From NCBI GenBank assembly GCA_964016885.1, contig OZ024741.1:209064001-209128000 (forward strand): DNA of 64,000 nt, read 5' to 3'. Each line of letters opens with the position of its first letter. The stretch's first letter is position 1. A program made the position numbers and the translations under genes. Source of the DNA: Eledone cirrhosa (Eukaryota). The notes beneath the pieces were generated by a model. The model did no database searches. It had not been told where the DNA came from and saw only the letters and a program-made list of their open reading frames with translations. Positions 10,901-25,900 of this stretch are shown piece by piece.

Positions 10901-13900
10901 CTAAGACACATACTGTTGACAATCTTTCACAACATTGTCGTACTAAGACACATAGTGTTGACAATCTTTCACAACATTGTCATACTAAGACACACAGTGT
11001 TGACAATCTTTCACAACATTGTCATACTAAGACACATACTGTTGACAATCTTTCACAACATTGTCGTACTAAGACACATAGTGTTGACAATCTTTCACAA
11101 CATTGTCATACTAAGACACATAGTGTTGACAATCTTTCACAACATTGTCGTACTAAGACAGTTACTGTTGACAATCTTTCACAACATTGTCATACTAAGA
11201 CAGTTACTGTTGACAATCTTTCACAACATTGTCATACTAAGACACATAGTGTTGACAATCTTTCACAACATTGTCATACTAAGACACATACTGTTGACAA
11301 TCTTTCACAACATTGTCGTACTAAGACACATAGTGTTGACAATCTTTCACAACATTGTCATACTAAGACACATAGTGTTGACAATCTTTCACAACATTGT
11401 CATACTAAGACACATACTGTTGACAATCTTTCACAACATTGTCGTACTAAGACACATAGTGTTGACAATCTTTCACAACATTGTCATACTAAGACACATA
11501 GTGTTGACAATCTTTCACAACATTGTGGTACTAAGACAGTTACTGTTGACAATCTTTCACAACATTGTCATACTAAGACAGTTACTGTTGACAATCTTTC
11601 ACAACATTGTCGTACTAAGACACATACTGTTAACAATCTTTCACAACATTGTCGTACTAAAGCACATAGGGTTGACAAGCTTTCACAACATTGTCATATT
11701 AAGGTACATACGGTTGACAATCTTTCACAACATTGTCATACTAAGACACATAGTGTTGACAATCTTTCACAACATTGTCATACTAAGACACATAGTGTTG
11801 ACAATCTTTCACAACATTGTCATACTAAGACACATACTGTTGACAATCTTTCACAACATTGTCGTACTATGACACATAGTGTTGACAATCTTTCACAACA
11901 TTGTCATACTAAGACACATAGTGTTGACAATCTTTCACAACATTGTCATACTAAGACACATACTGTTGACAATCTTTCACAACATTGTCGTACTAAGACA
12001 CATAGTGTTGACAATCTTTCACAACATTGTCATACTAAGACACATAGTGTTGACAATCTTTCACAACATTGTCGTACTAAGACAGTTACTGTTGACAATC
12101 TTTCACAACATTGTCATACTAAGACAGTTACTGTTGACAATCTTTCACAACATTGTCGTACTAAGACACATACTGTTAACAATCTTTCACAACATTGTCA
12201 TACTAAGACACATACTGTTAACAATCTTTCACAACATTGTCGTACTAAGACACATAGTGTTGACAATCTTTCACAACATTGTCATACTAAGACACATAGT
12301 GTTGACAATCTTTCACAACATTGTCGTACTAAGACAGTTACTGTTGACAATCTTTCACAACATTGTCATACTAAGACAGTTACTGTTGACAATCTTTCAC
12401 AACATTGTCGTACTAAGACACATAGTGTTGACAATCTTTCACAACATTGTCATACTAAGACACATACTGTTGACAATCTTTCACAACATTGTCATACTAA
12501 GACACATACTGTTGACAATCTTTCACAACATTGTCATACTAAGACACATACTGTTGACAATCTTTCACAACATTGTCATACTAAGACACATAGTGTTGAC
12601 AATCTTTCACAACATTGTCATACTAAGACACATAGTGTTGACAATCTTTCACAACATTGTCGTACTAAGACACATACTGTTAACAATCTTTCACAACATT
12701 GTCATACTAAGACACATACTGTTAACAATCTTTCACAACATTGTCATACTAAGACACATAGTGTTGACAATCTTTCACAACATTGTCATACTAAGACACA
12801 TAGTGTTGACAATCTTTCACAACATTGTCATACTAAGACACATACTGTTGACAATCTTTCACAACATTGTCGTACTAAGACACATAGTGTTGACAATCTT
12901 TCACAACATTGTCATACTAAGACACATACTGTTGACAATCTTTCACAACATTGTCATACTAAGACACATAGTGTTGACAATCTTTCACAACATTGTCATA
13001 CTAAGACACATACTGTTGACAATCTTTCACAACATTGTCATACTAAGACACATAGTGTTGACAATCTTTCACAACATTGTCGTACTAAGACAGTTACTGT
13101 TGACAATCTTTCACAACATTGTCATACTAAGACAGTTACTGTTGACAATCTTTCACAACATTGTCGTACTAAGACACATACTGTTAACAATCTTTCACAA
13201 CATTGTCATACTAAGACACATACTGTTAACAATCTTTCACAACATTGTCGTACTAAGACACATAGTGTTGACAATCTTTCACAACATTGTCATACTAAGA
13301 CACATAGTGTTGACAATCTTTCACAACATAGTCGTACTAAGACAGTTACTGTTGACAATCTTTCACAACATTGTCATACTAAGACAGTTACTGTTGACAA
13401 TCTTTCACAACATTGTCGTACTAAGACACATAGTGTTGACAATCTTTCACAACATTGTCATACTAAGACACATACTGTTGACAATCTTTCACAACATTGT
13501 CATACTAAGACACATACTGTTGACAATCTTTCACAACATTGTCATACTAAGACACATAGTGTTGACAATCTTTCACAACATTGTCATACTAAGACACATA
13601 GTGTTGACAATCTCTCACAACATTGTCATACTAAGACACATAGTGTTGACAATCTTTCACAACATTGTCGTACTAAGACAGTTACTGTTGACAATCTTTC
13701 ACAACATTGTCGTACTAAGACACATAGTGTTGACAATCTTTCACAACATTGTCATACTAAGACACATAGTGTTGACAATCTTTCACAACATTGTCATACT
13801 AAGACACATACTGTTGACAATCTTTCACAACATTGTCGTACTATGACACATAGTGTTGACAATCTTTCACAACATTGTCATACTAAGACACATAGTGTTG

Positions 13901-16900
13901 ACAATCTTTCACAACATTGTCATACTAAGACACATACTGTTGACAATCTTTCACAACATTGTCGTACTAAGACACATAGTGTTGACAATCTTTCACAACA
14001 TTGTCATACTAAGACACATAGTGTTGACAATCTTTCACAACATTGTCGTACTAAGACAGTTACTGTTGACAATCTTTCACAACATTGTCATACTAAGACA
14101 GTTACTGTTGACAATCTTTCACAACATTGTCGTACTAAGACACATACTGTTAACAATCTTTCACAACATTGTCATACTAAGACACATACTGTTAACAATC
14201 TTTCACAACATTGTCGTACTAAGACACATAGTGTTGACAATCTTTCACAACATTGTCATACTAAGACACATAGTGTTGACAATCTTTCACAACATTGTCG
14301 TACTAAGACAGTTACTGTTGACAATCTTTCACAACATTGTCATACTAAGACAGTTACTGTTGACAATCTTTCACAACATTGTCGTACTAAGACACATAGT
14401 GTTGACAATCTTTCACAACATTGTCATACTAAGACACATACTGTTGACAATCTTTCACAACATTGTCATACTAAGACACATACTGTTGACAATCTTTCAC
14501 AACATTGTCATACTAAGACACATACTGTTGACAATCTTTTACAACATTGTCATACTAAGACACATAGTGTTGACAATCTTTCACAACATTGTCATACTAA
14601 GACACATAGTGTTGACAATCTTTCACAACATTGTCGTACTAAGACAGTTACTGTTGACAATCTTTCACAACATTGTCGTACTAAGACAGTTACTGTTGAC
14701 AATCTTTCACAACATTGTCGTACTAAGACACATACTGTTAACAATCTTTCACAACATTGTCATACTAAGACACATAGTGTTGACAATCTTTCACAACATT
14801 GTCATACTAAGACACATACTGTTGACAATCTTTCACAACATTGTCATACTAAGACACATAGTGTTGACAATCTTTCACAACATTGTCATACTAAGACACA
14901 TACTGTTGACAATCTTTCACAACATTGTCATACTAAGACACATAGTGTTGACAATCTTTCACAACATTGTCATACTAAGACACATACTGTTGACAATCTT
15001 TCACAACATTGTCATACTAAGACACATAGTGTTGACAATCTTTCACAACATTGTCGTACTAAGACAGTTACTGTTGACAATCTTTCACAACATTGTCATA
15101 CTAAGACAGTTACTGTTGACAATCTTTCACAACATTGTCGTACTAAGACACATACTGTTAACAATCTTTCACAACATTGTCATACTAAGACACATACTGT
15201 TAACAATCTTTCACAACATTGTCGTACTAAGACACATAGTGTTGACAATCTTTCACAACATTGTCATACTAAGACACATAGTGTTGACAATCTTTCACAA
15301 CATAGTCGTACTAAGACAGTTACTGTTGACAATCTTTCACAACATTGTCATACTAAGACAGTTACTGTTGACAATCTTTCACAACATTGTCGTACTAAGA
15401 CACATAGTGTTGACAATCTTTCACAACATTGTCATACTAAGACACATACTGTTGACAATCTTTCACAACATTGTCATACTAAGACACATACTGTTGACAA
15501 TCTTTCACAACATTGTCATACTAAGACACATAGTGTTGACAATCTTTCACAACATTGTCATACTAAGACACATAGTGTTGACAATCTCTCACAACATTGT
15601 CATACTAAGACACATAGTGTTGACAATCTTTCACAACATTGTCGTACTAAGACAGTTACTGTTGACAATCTTTCACAACATTGTCGTACTAAGACACATA
15701 GTGTTGACAATCTTTCACAACATTGTCATACTAAGACACATACTGTTGACAATCTTTCACAACATTGTCATACTAAGACACATACTGTTGACAATCTTTC
15801 ACAACATTGTCATACTAAGACACATAGTGTTGACAATCTTTCACAACATTGTCATACTAAGACATACTGTTGACAATCTTTCACAACATTGTCATACTAA
15901 GACACATAGTGTTGACAATCTTTCACAACATTGTCATACTAAGACACATACTGTTGACAATCTTTCACAACATTGTCATACTAAGACACATAGTGTTGAC
16001 AATCTTTCACAACATTGTCATACTAAGACACATACTGTTGACAATCTTTCACAACATTGTCATACTAAGACACATAGTGTTGACAATCTTTCACAACATT
16101 GTCATACTAAGACACATACTGTTGACAATCTTTCACAACATTGTCATACTAAGACACATAGTGTTGACAATCTTTCACAACATTGTCATACTAAGACACA
16201 TACTGTTGACAATCTTTCACAACATTGTCATACTAAGACACATAGTGTTGACAATCTTTCACAACATTGTCGTACTAAGACAGTTACTGTTGACAATCTT
16301 TCACAACATTGTCATACTAAGACAGTTACTGTTGACAATCTTTCACAACATTGTCGTACTAAGACACATACTGTTAACAATCTTTCACAACATTGTCATA
16401 CTAAGACACATACTGTTAACAATCTTTCACAACATTGTCGTACTAAGACACATAGTGTTGACAATCTTTCACAACATTGTCATACTAAGACACATAGTGT
16501 TGACAATCTTTCACAACATAGTCGTACTAAGACAGTTACTGTTGACAATCTTTCACAACATTGTCATACTAAGACAGTTACTGTTGACAATCTTTCACAA
16601 CATTGTCGTACTAAGACACATAGTGTTGACAATCTTTCACAACATTGTCATACTAAGACACATACTGTTGACAATCTTTCACAACATTGTCATACTAAGA
16701 CACATACTGTTGACAATCTTTCACAACATTGTCATACTAAGACACATAGTGTTGACAATCTTTCACAACATTGTCATACTAAGACACATAGTGTTGACAA
16801 TCTCTCACAACATTGTCATACTAAGACACATAGTGTTGACAATCTTTCACAACATTGTCGTACTAAGACAGTTACTGTTGACAATCTTTCACAACATTGT

Positions 16901-19900
16901 CGTACTAAGACACATAGTGTTGACAATCTTTCACAACATTGTCATACTAAGACACATACTGTTGACAATCTTTCACAACATTGTCATACTAAGACACATA
17001 CTGTTGACAATCTTTCACAACATTGTCATACTAAGACACATAGTGTTGACAATCTTTCACAACATTGTCATACTAAGACATACTGTTGACAATCTTTCAC
17101 AACATTGTCATACTAAGACACATAGTGTTGACAATCTTTCACAACATTGTCATACTAAGACACATACTGTTGACAATCTTTCACAACATTGTCATACTAA
17201 GACACATAGTGTTGACAATCTTTCACAACATTGTCATACTAAGACACATACTGTTGACAATCTTTCACAACATTGTCATACTAAGACACATAGTGTTGAC
17301 AATCTTTCACAACATTGTCGTACTAAGACAGTTACTGTTGACAATCTTTCACAACATTGTCATACTAAGACAGTTACTGTTGACAATCTTTCACAACATT
17401 GTCGTACTAAGACACATACTGTTAACAATCTTTCACAACATTGTCATACTAACACACATACTGTTAACAATCTTTCACAACATTGTCGTACTAAGACACA
17501 TAGTGTTGACAATCTTTCACAACATTGTCATACTAAGACACATAGTGTTGACAATCTTTCACAACATTGTCGTACTAAGACAGTTACTGTTGACAATCTT
17601 TCACAACATTGTCATACTAAGACAGTTACTGTTGACAATCTTTCACAACATTGTCGTACTAAGACACATAGTGTTGACAATCTTTCACAACATTGTCATA
17701 CTAAGACACATACTGTTGACAATCTTTCACAACATTGTCATACTAAGACACATACTGTTGACAATCTTTCACAACATTGTCATACTAAGACACATAGTGT
17801 TGACAATCTTTCACAACATTGTCATACTAAGACACATAGTGTTGACAATCTTTCACAACATTGTCATACTAAGACACATAGTGTTGACAATCTTTCACAA
17901 CATTGTCCTACTAAGACAGTTACTGTTGACAATCTTTCACAACATTGTCGTACTAAGACAGTTACTGTTGACAATCTTTCACAACATTGTCGTACTAAGA
18001 CAGTTACTGTTGACAATCTTTCACAACATTGTCGTACTAAGACACATACTGTTAACAATCTTTCACAACATTGTCATACTAAGACACATAGTGTTGACAA
18101 TCTTTCACAACATTGTCATACTAAGACACATACTGTTGACAATCTTTCACAACATTGTCATACTAAGACACATAGTGTTGACAATCTTTCACAACATTGT
18201 CATACTAAGACACATACTGTTGACAATCTTTCACAACATTGTCATACTAAGACACATAGTGTTGACAATCTTTCACAACATTGTCATACTAAGACACATA
18301 GTGTTGACAATCTTTCACAACATTGTCATACTAAGACACATAGTGTTGACAATCTCTCACAACATTGTCATACTAAGACACATAGTGTTGACAATCTTTC
18401 ACAACATTGTCGTACTAAGACAGTTACTGTTGACAATCTTTCACAACATTGTCGTACTAAGACACATAGTGTTGACAATCTTTCACAACATTGTGATACT
18501 AAGACACATACTGTTGACAATCTTTCACAACATTGTCATACTAAGACACATACTGTTGACAATCTTTCACAACATTGTCATACTAAGACACATAGTGTTG
18601 ACAATCTTTCACAACATTGTCATACTAAGACACATACTGTTGACAATCTTTCACAACATTGTCATACTAAGACACATACTGTTGACAATCTTTCACAACA
18701 TTGTCATACTAAGACACATACTGTTGACAATCTTTCACAACATTGTCATACTAAGACACATAGTGTTGACAATCTTTCACAACATTGTCATACTAAGACA
18801 CATACTGTTGACAATCTTTCACAACATTGTCATACTAAGACACATAGTGTTGACAATCTTTCACAACATTGTCGTACTAAGACAGTTGCTGTTGACAATC
18901 TTTCACAACATTGTCATACTAAGACAGTTACTGTTGACAATCTTTCACAACATTGTCGTACTAAGACACATACTGTTGACAATCTTTCACAACATTGTCA
19001 TACTAAGACACATACTGTTAACAATCTTTCACAACATTGTCGTACTAAAGCACATAGGGTTGACAAGCTTTCACAACATTGTCATATTAAGGTACATACG
19101 GTTGACAATCTTTCACAACATTGTCATACTAAGACACATACTGTTGACAATCTTTCACAACATTGTCATACTAAGACACATACTGTTGACAATCTTTCAC
19201 AACATTGTCATACTAAGACACATAGTGTTGACAATCTTTCACAACATTGTCATACTAAGACACATACTGTTGACAATCTTTCACAACATTGTCATACTAA
19301 GACACATAGTGTTGACAATCTTTCACAACATTGTCATACTAAGACACATACTGTTGACAATCTTTCACAACATTGTCATACTAAGACACATACTGTTGAC
19401 AATCTTTCACAACATTGTCATACTAAGACACATAGTGTTGACAATCTTTCACAACATTGTCATACTAAGACACATACTGTTGACAATCTTTCACAACATT
19501 GTCATACTAAGACACATAGTGTTGACAATCTTTCACAACATTGTCATACTAAGACACATAGTGTTGACAATCTTTCACAACATTGTCATACTAAGACACA
19601 TAGTGTTGACAATCTTTCACAACATTGTCATACTAAGACACATACTGTTGACAATCTTTCACAACATTGTCGTACTAAGACACATAGTGTTGACAATCTT
19701 TCACAACATTGTCATACTAAGACACATAGGGTTGACAAGCTTTCACAACATTGTCATACTAAGACACATAGTGTTGACAATCTTTCACAACATTGTCATA
19801 CTAAGACACATAGTGTTGACAATCTTTCACAACATTGTCATACTAAGACACATAGGGTTGACAAGCTTTCACAACATTGTCATATTAAGGTACATACGGT

Positions 19901-22900
19901 TGACAATCTTTCACAACATTGTCATACTAAGACACATAGTGTTGACAATCTTTCACAACATTGTCATACTAAGACACATAGTGTTGACAATCTTTCACAA
20001 CATTGTCATACTAAGACACATACTGTTGACAATCTTTCACAACATTGTCGTACTAAGACACATAGTGTTGACAATCTTTCACAACATTGTCATACTAAGA
20101 CACATAGGGTTGACAAGCTTTCACAACATTGTCATACTAAGACACATAGTGTTGACAATCTTTCACAACATTGTCATACTAAGACACATAGTGTTGACAA
20201 TCTTTCACAACATTGTCATACTAAGACACATAGGGTTGACAAGCTTTCACAACATTGTCATATTAAGGTACATACGGTTGACAATCTTTCACAACATTGT
20301 CATACTAAGACACATAGTGTTGACAATCTTTCACAACATTGTCATACTAAGACACATAGTGTTGACAATCTTTCACAACATTGTCATACTAAGACACATA
20401 CTGTTGACAATCTTTCACAACATTGTCGTACTAAGACACATAGTGTTGACAATCTTTCACAACATTGTCATACTAAGACACATAGTGTTGACAATCTTTC
20501 ACAACATTGTCATACTAAGACACATACTGTTGACAATCTTTCACAACATTGTCGTACTAAGACACATAGTGATGACAATCTTTCACAACATTGTCATACT
20601 AAGACACATAGTGTTGACAATCTTTCACAACATTGTCGTACTAAGACAGTTACTGTTGACAATCTTTCACAACATTGTCATACTAAGACAGTTACTGTTG
20701 ACAATCTTTCACAACATTGTCATACTAAGACACATAGTGTTGACAATCTTTCACAACATTGTCATACTAAGACACATACTGTTGACAATCTTTCACAACA
20801 TTGTCGTACTAAGACACATAGTGTTGACAATCTTTCACAACATTGTCATACTAAGACACATAGTGTTGACAATCTTTCACAACATTGTCATACTAAGACA
20901 CATACTGTTGACAATCTTTCACAACATTGTCGTACTAAGACACATAGTGTTGACAATCTTTCACAACATTGTCATACTAAGACACATAGTGTTGACAATC
21001 TTTCACAACATTGTCGTACTAAGACAGTTACTGTTGACAATCTTTCACAACATTGTCATACTAAGACAGTTACTGTTGACAATCTTTCACAACATTGTCG
21101 TACTAAGACACATACTGTTAACAATCTTTCACAACATTGTCGTACTAAAGCACATAGGGTTGACAATCTTTCACAACATTGTCATGTTAAGGTACATACG
21201 GTTGACAATCTTTCACAACATTGTCATACTAAGACACATAGTGTTGACAATCTTTCACAACATTGTCATACTAAGACACATAGTGTTGACAATCTTTCAC
21301 AACATTGTCATACTAAGACACATACTGTTGACAATCTTTCACAACATTGTCGTACTAAGACACATAGTGTTGACAATCTTTCACAACATTGTCATACTAA
21401 GACACATAGTGTTGACAATCTTTCACAACATTGTCATACTAAGACACATACTGTTGACAATCTTTCACAACATTGTCGTACTAAGACACATAGTGTTGAC
21501 AATCTTTCACAACATTGTCATACTAAGACACATAGTGTTGACAATCTTTCACAACATTGTCGTACTAAGACAGTTACTGTTGACAATCTTTCACAACATT
21601 GTCATACTAAGACAGTTACTGTTGACAATCTTTCACAACATTGTCGTACTAAGACACATACTGTTAACAATCTTTCACAACATTGTCATACTAAGACACA
21701 TACTGTTAACAATCTTTCACAACATTGTCGTACTAAGACACATAGTGTTGACAATCTTTCACAACATTGTCATACTAAGACACATAGTGTTGACAATCTT
21801 TCACAACATTGTCGTACTAAGACAGTTACTGTTGACAATCTTTCACAACATTGTCATACTAAGACAGTTACTGTTGACAATCTTTCACAACATTGTCGTA
21901 CTAAGACACATAGTGTTGACAATCTTTCACAACATTGTCATACTAAGACACATACTGTTGACAATCTTTCACAACATTGTCATACTAAGACACATACTGT
22001 TGACAATCTTTCACAACATTGTCATACTAAGACACATAGTGTTGACAATCTTTCACAACATTGTCATACTAAGACACATAGTGTTGACAATCTTTCACAA
22101 CATTGTCATACTAAGACACATAATGTTGACAATCTTTCACAACATTGTCGTACTAAGACAGTTACTGTTGACAATCTTTCACAACATTGTCGTACTAAGA
22201 CAGTTACTGTTGACAATCTTTCACAACATTGTCGTACTAAGACACATACTGTTAACAATCTTTCACAACATTGTCATACTAAGACACATAGTGTTGACAA
22301 TCTTTCACAACATTGTCATACTAAGACACATACTGTTGACAATCTTTCACAACATTGTCATACTAAGACACATAGTGTTGACAATCTTTCACAACATTGT
22401 CATACTAAGACACATACTGTTGACAATCTTTCACAACATTGTCATACTAAGACACATAGTGTTGACAATCTTTCACAACATTGTCATACTAAGACACATA
22501 CTGTTGACAATCTTTCACAACATTGTCATACTAAGACACATAGTGTTGACAATCTTTCACAACATTGTCGTACTAAGACAGTTACTGTTGACAATCTTTC
22601 ACAACATTGTCATACTAAGACAGTTACTGTTGACAATCTTTCACAACATTGTCGTACTAAGACACATACTGTTAACAATCTTTCACAACATTGTCATACT
22701 AAGACACATACTGTTAACAATCTTTCACAACATTGTCATACTAAGACACATAGTGTTGACAATCTTTCACAACATTGTCATACTAAGACACATAGTGTTG
22801 ACAATCTTTCACAACATTGTCATACTAAGACACATACTGTTGACAATCTTTCACAACATTGTCGTACTAAGACACATAGTGTTGACAATCTTTCACAACA

Positions 22901-25900
22901 TTGTCATACTAAGACACATAGTGTTGACAATCTTTCACAACATTGTCATACTAAGACACATACTGTTGACAATCTTTCACAACATTGTCGTACTAAGACA
23001 CATAGTGTTGACAATCTTTCACAACATTGTCATACTAAGACACATAGTGTTGACAATCTTTCACAACATTGTGGTACTAAGACAGTTACTGTTGACAATC
23101 TTTCACAACATTGTCATACTAAGACAGTTACTGTTGACAATCTTTCACAACATTGTCGTACTAAGACACATACTGTTAACAATCTTTCACAACATTGTCG
23201 TACTAAAGCACATAGGGTTGACAAGCTTTCACAACATTGTCATATTAAGGTACATACGGTTGACAATCTTTCACAACATTGTCATACTAAGACACATAGT
23301 GTTGACAATCTTTCACAACATTGTCATACTAAGACACATAGTGTTGACAATCTTTCACAACATTGTCATACTAAGACACATACTGTTGACAATCTTTCAC
23401 AACATTGTCGTACTAAGACACATAGTGTTGACAATCTTTCACAACATTGTCATACTAAGACACATAGTGTTGACAATCTTTCACAACGTTGTCATACTAA
23501 GACACATACTGTTGACAATCTTTCACAACATTGTCGTACTAAGACACATAGTGTTGACAATCTTTCACAACATTGTCATACTAAGACACATAGTGTTGAC
23601 AATCTTTCACAACATTGTCGTACTAAGTCAGTTACTGTTGACAATCTTTCACAACATTGTCATACTAAGACAGTTACTGTTGACAATCTTTCACAACATT
23701 GTCGTACTAAGACACATACTGTTAACAATCTTTCACAACATTGTCATACTAAGACACATACTGTTAACAATCTTTCACAACATTGTCGTACTAAGACACA
23801 TAGTGTTGACAATCTTTCACAACATTGTCATACTAAGACACATAGTGTTGACAATCTTTCACAACATTGTCGTACTAAGACAGTTACTGTTGACAATCTT
23901 TCACAACATTGTCATACTAAGACACATACTGTTGACAATCTTTCACAACATTGTCATACTAAGACACATAGTGTTGACAATCTTTCACAACATTGTCATA
24001 CTAAGACACATAGTGTTGACAATCTTTCACAACATTGTCATACTAAGACACATAGTGTTGACAATCTTTCACAACATTGTCATACTAAGACACATAGTGT
24101 TGACAATCTTTCACAACATTGTCGTACTAAGACAGTTACTGTTGACAATCTTTCACAACATTGTCGTACTAAGGCACATAGTGTTGACAATCTTTCACAA
24201 CATTGTCATACTAAGACACATACTGTTGACAATCTTTCACAACATTGTCATACTAAGACACATACTGTTGACAATCTTTCACAACATTGTCATACTAAGA
24301 CACATAGTGTTGACAATCTTTCACAACATTGTCATACTAAGACACATAGTGTTGACAATCTTTCACAACATTGTCATACTAAGACACATAGTGTTGACAA
24401 TCTTTCACAACATTGTCGTACTAAGACAGTTACTGTTGACAATCTTTCACAACATTGTCGTACTAAGACAGTTACTGTTGACAATCTTTCACAACATTGT
24501 CGTACTAAGACACATACTGTTAACAATCTTTCACAACATTGTCATACTAAGACACATAGTGTTGACAATCTTTCACAACATTGTCATACTAAGACACATA
24601 CTGTTGACAATCTTTCACAACATTGTCATACTAAGACACATAGTGTTGACAATCTTTCACAACATTGTCATACTAAGACACATACTGTTGACAATCTTTC
24701 ACAACATTGTCATACTAAGACACATAGTGTTGACAATCTTTCACAACATTGTCATACTAAGACACATACTGTTGACAATCTTTCACAACATTGTCATACT
24801 AAGACACATAGTGTTGACAATCTTTCACAACATTGTCGTACTAAGACAGTTACTGTTGACAATCTTTCACAACATTGTCATACTAAGACAGTTACTGTTG
24901 ACAATCTTTCACAACATTGTCGTACTAAGACACATACTGTTAACAATCTTTCACAACATTGTCATACTAAGACACATACTGTTAACAATCTTTCACAACA
25001 TTGTCATACTAAGACACATAGTGTTGACAATCTTTCACAACATTGTCATACTAAGACACATAGTGTTGACAATCTTTCACAACATTGTCATACTAAGACA
25101 CATACTGTTGACAATCTTTCACAACATTGTCGTACTAAGACACATAGTGTTGACAATCTTTCACAACATTGTCATACTAAGACACACAGTGTTGACAATC
25201 TTTCACAACATTGTCATACTAAGACACATACTGTTGACAATCTTTCACAACATTGTCGTACTAAGACACATAGTGTTGACAATCTTTCACAACATTGTCA
25301 TACTAAGACACATAGTGTTGACAATCTTTCACAACATTGTCGTACTAAGACAGTTACTGTTGACAATCTTTCACAACATTGTCATACTAAGACAGTTACT
25401 GTTGACAATCTTTCACAACATTGTCATACTAAGACACATAGTGTTGACAATCTTTCACAACATTGTCATACTAAGACACATACTGTTGACAATCTTTCAC
25501 AACATTGTCGTACTAAGACACATAGTGTTGACAATCTTTCACAACATTGTCATACTAAGACACATAGTGTTGACAATCTTTCACAACATTGTCATACTAA
25601 GACACATACTGTTGACAATCTTTCACAACATTGTCGTACTAAGACACATAGTGTTGACAATCTTTCACAACATTGTCATACTAAGACACATAGTGTTGAC
25701 AATCTTTCACAACATTGTGGTACTAAGACAGTTACTGTTGACAATCTTTCACAACATTGTCATACTAAGACAGTTACTGTTGACAATCTTTCACAACATT
25801 GTCGTACTAAGACACATACTGTTAACAATCTTTCACAACATTGTCGTACTAAAGCACATAGGGTTGACAAGCTTTCACAACATTGTCATATTAAGGTACA

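Noticed and set aside
17864-18058. Minus-strand 64-aa Cys-rich ORF (RQCCERLSTVTVLV), also at 32056, 45032 and 58216
   Set aside because: It arises only where several CGT/CCT-type monomers in a row remove the TGA. Useful as an HOR marker, not a gene.
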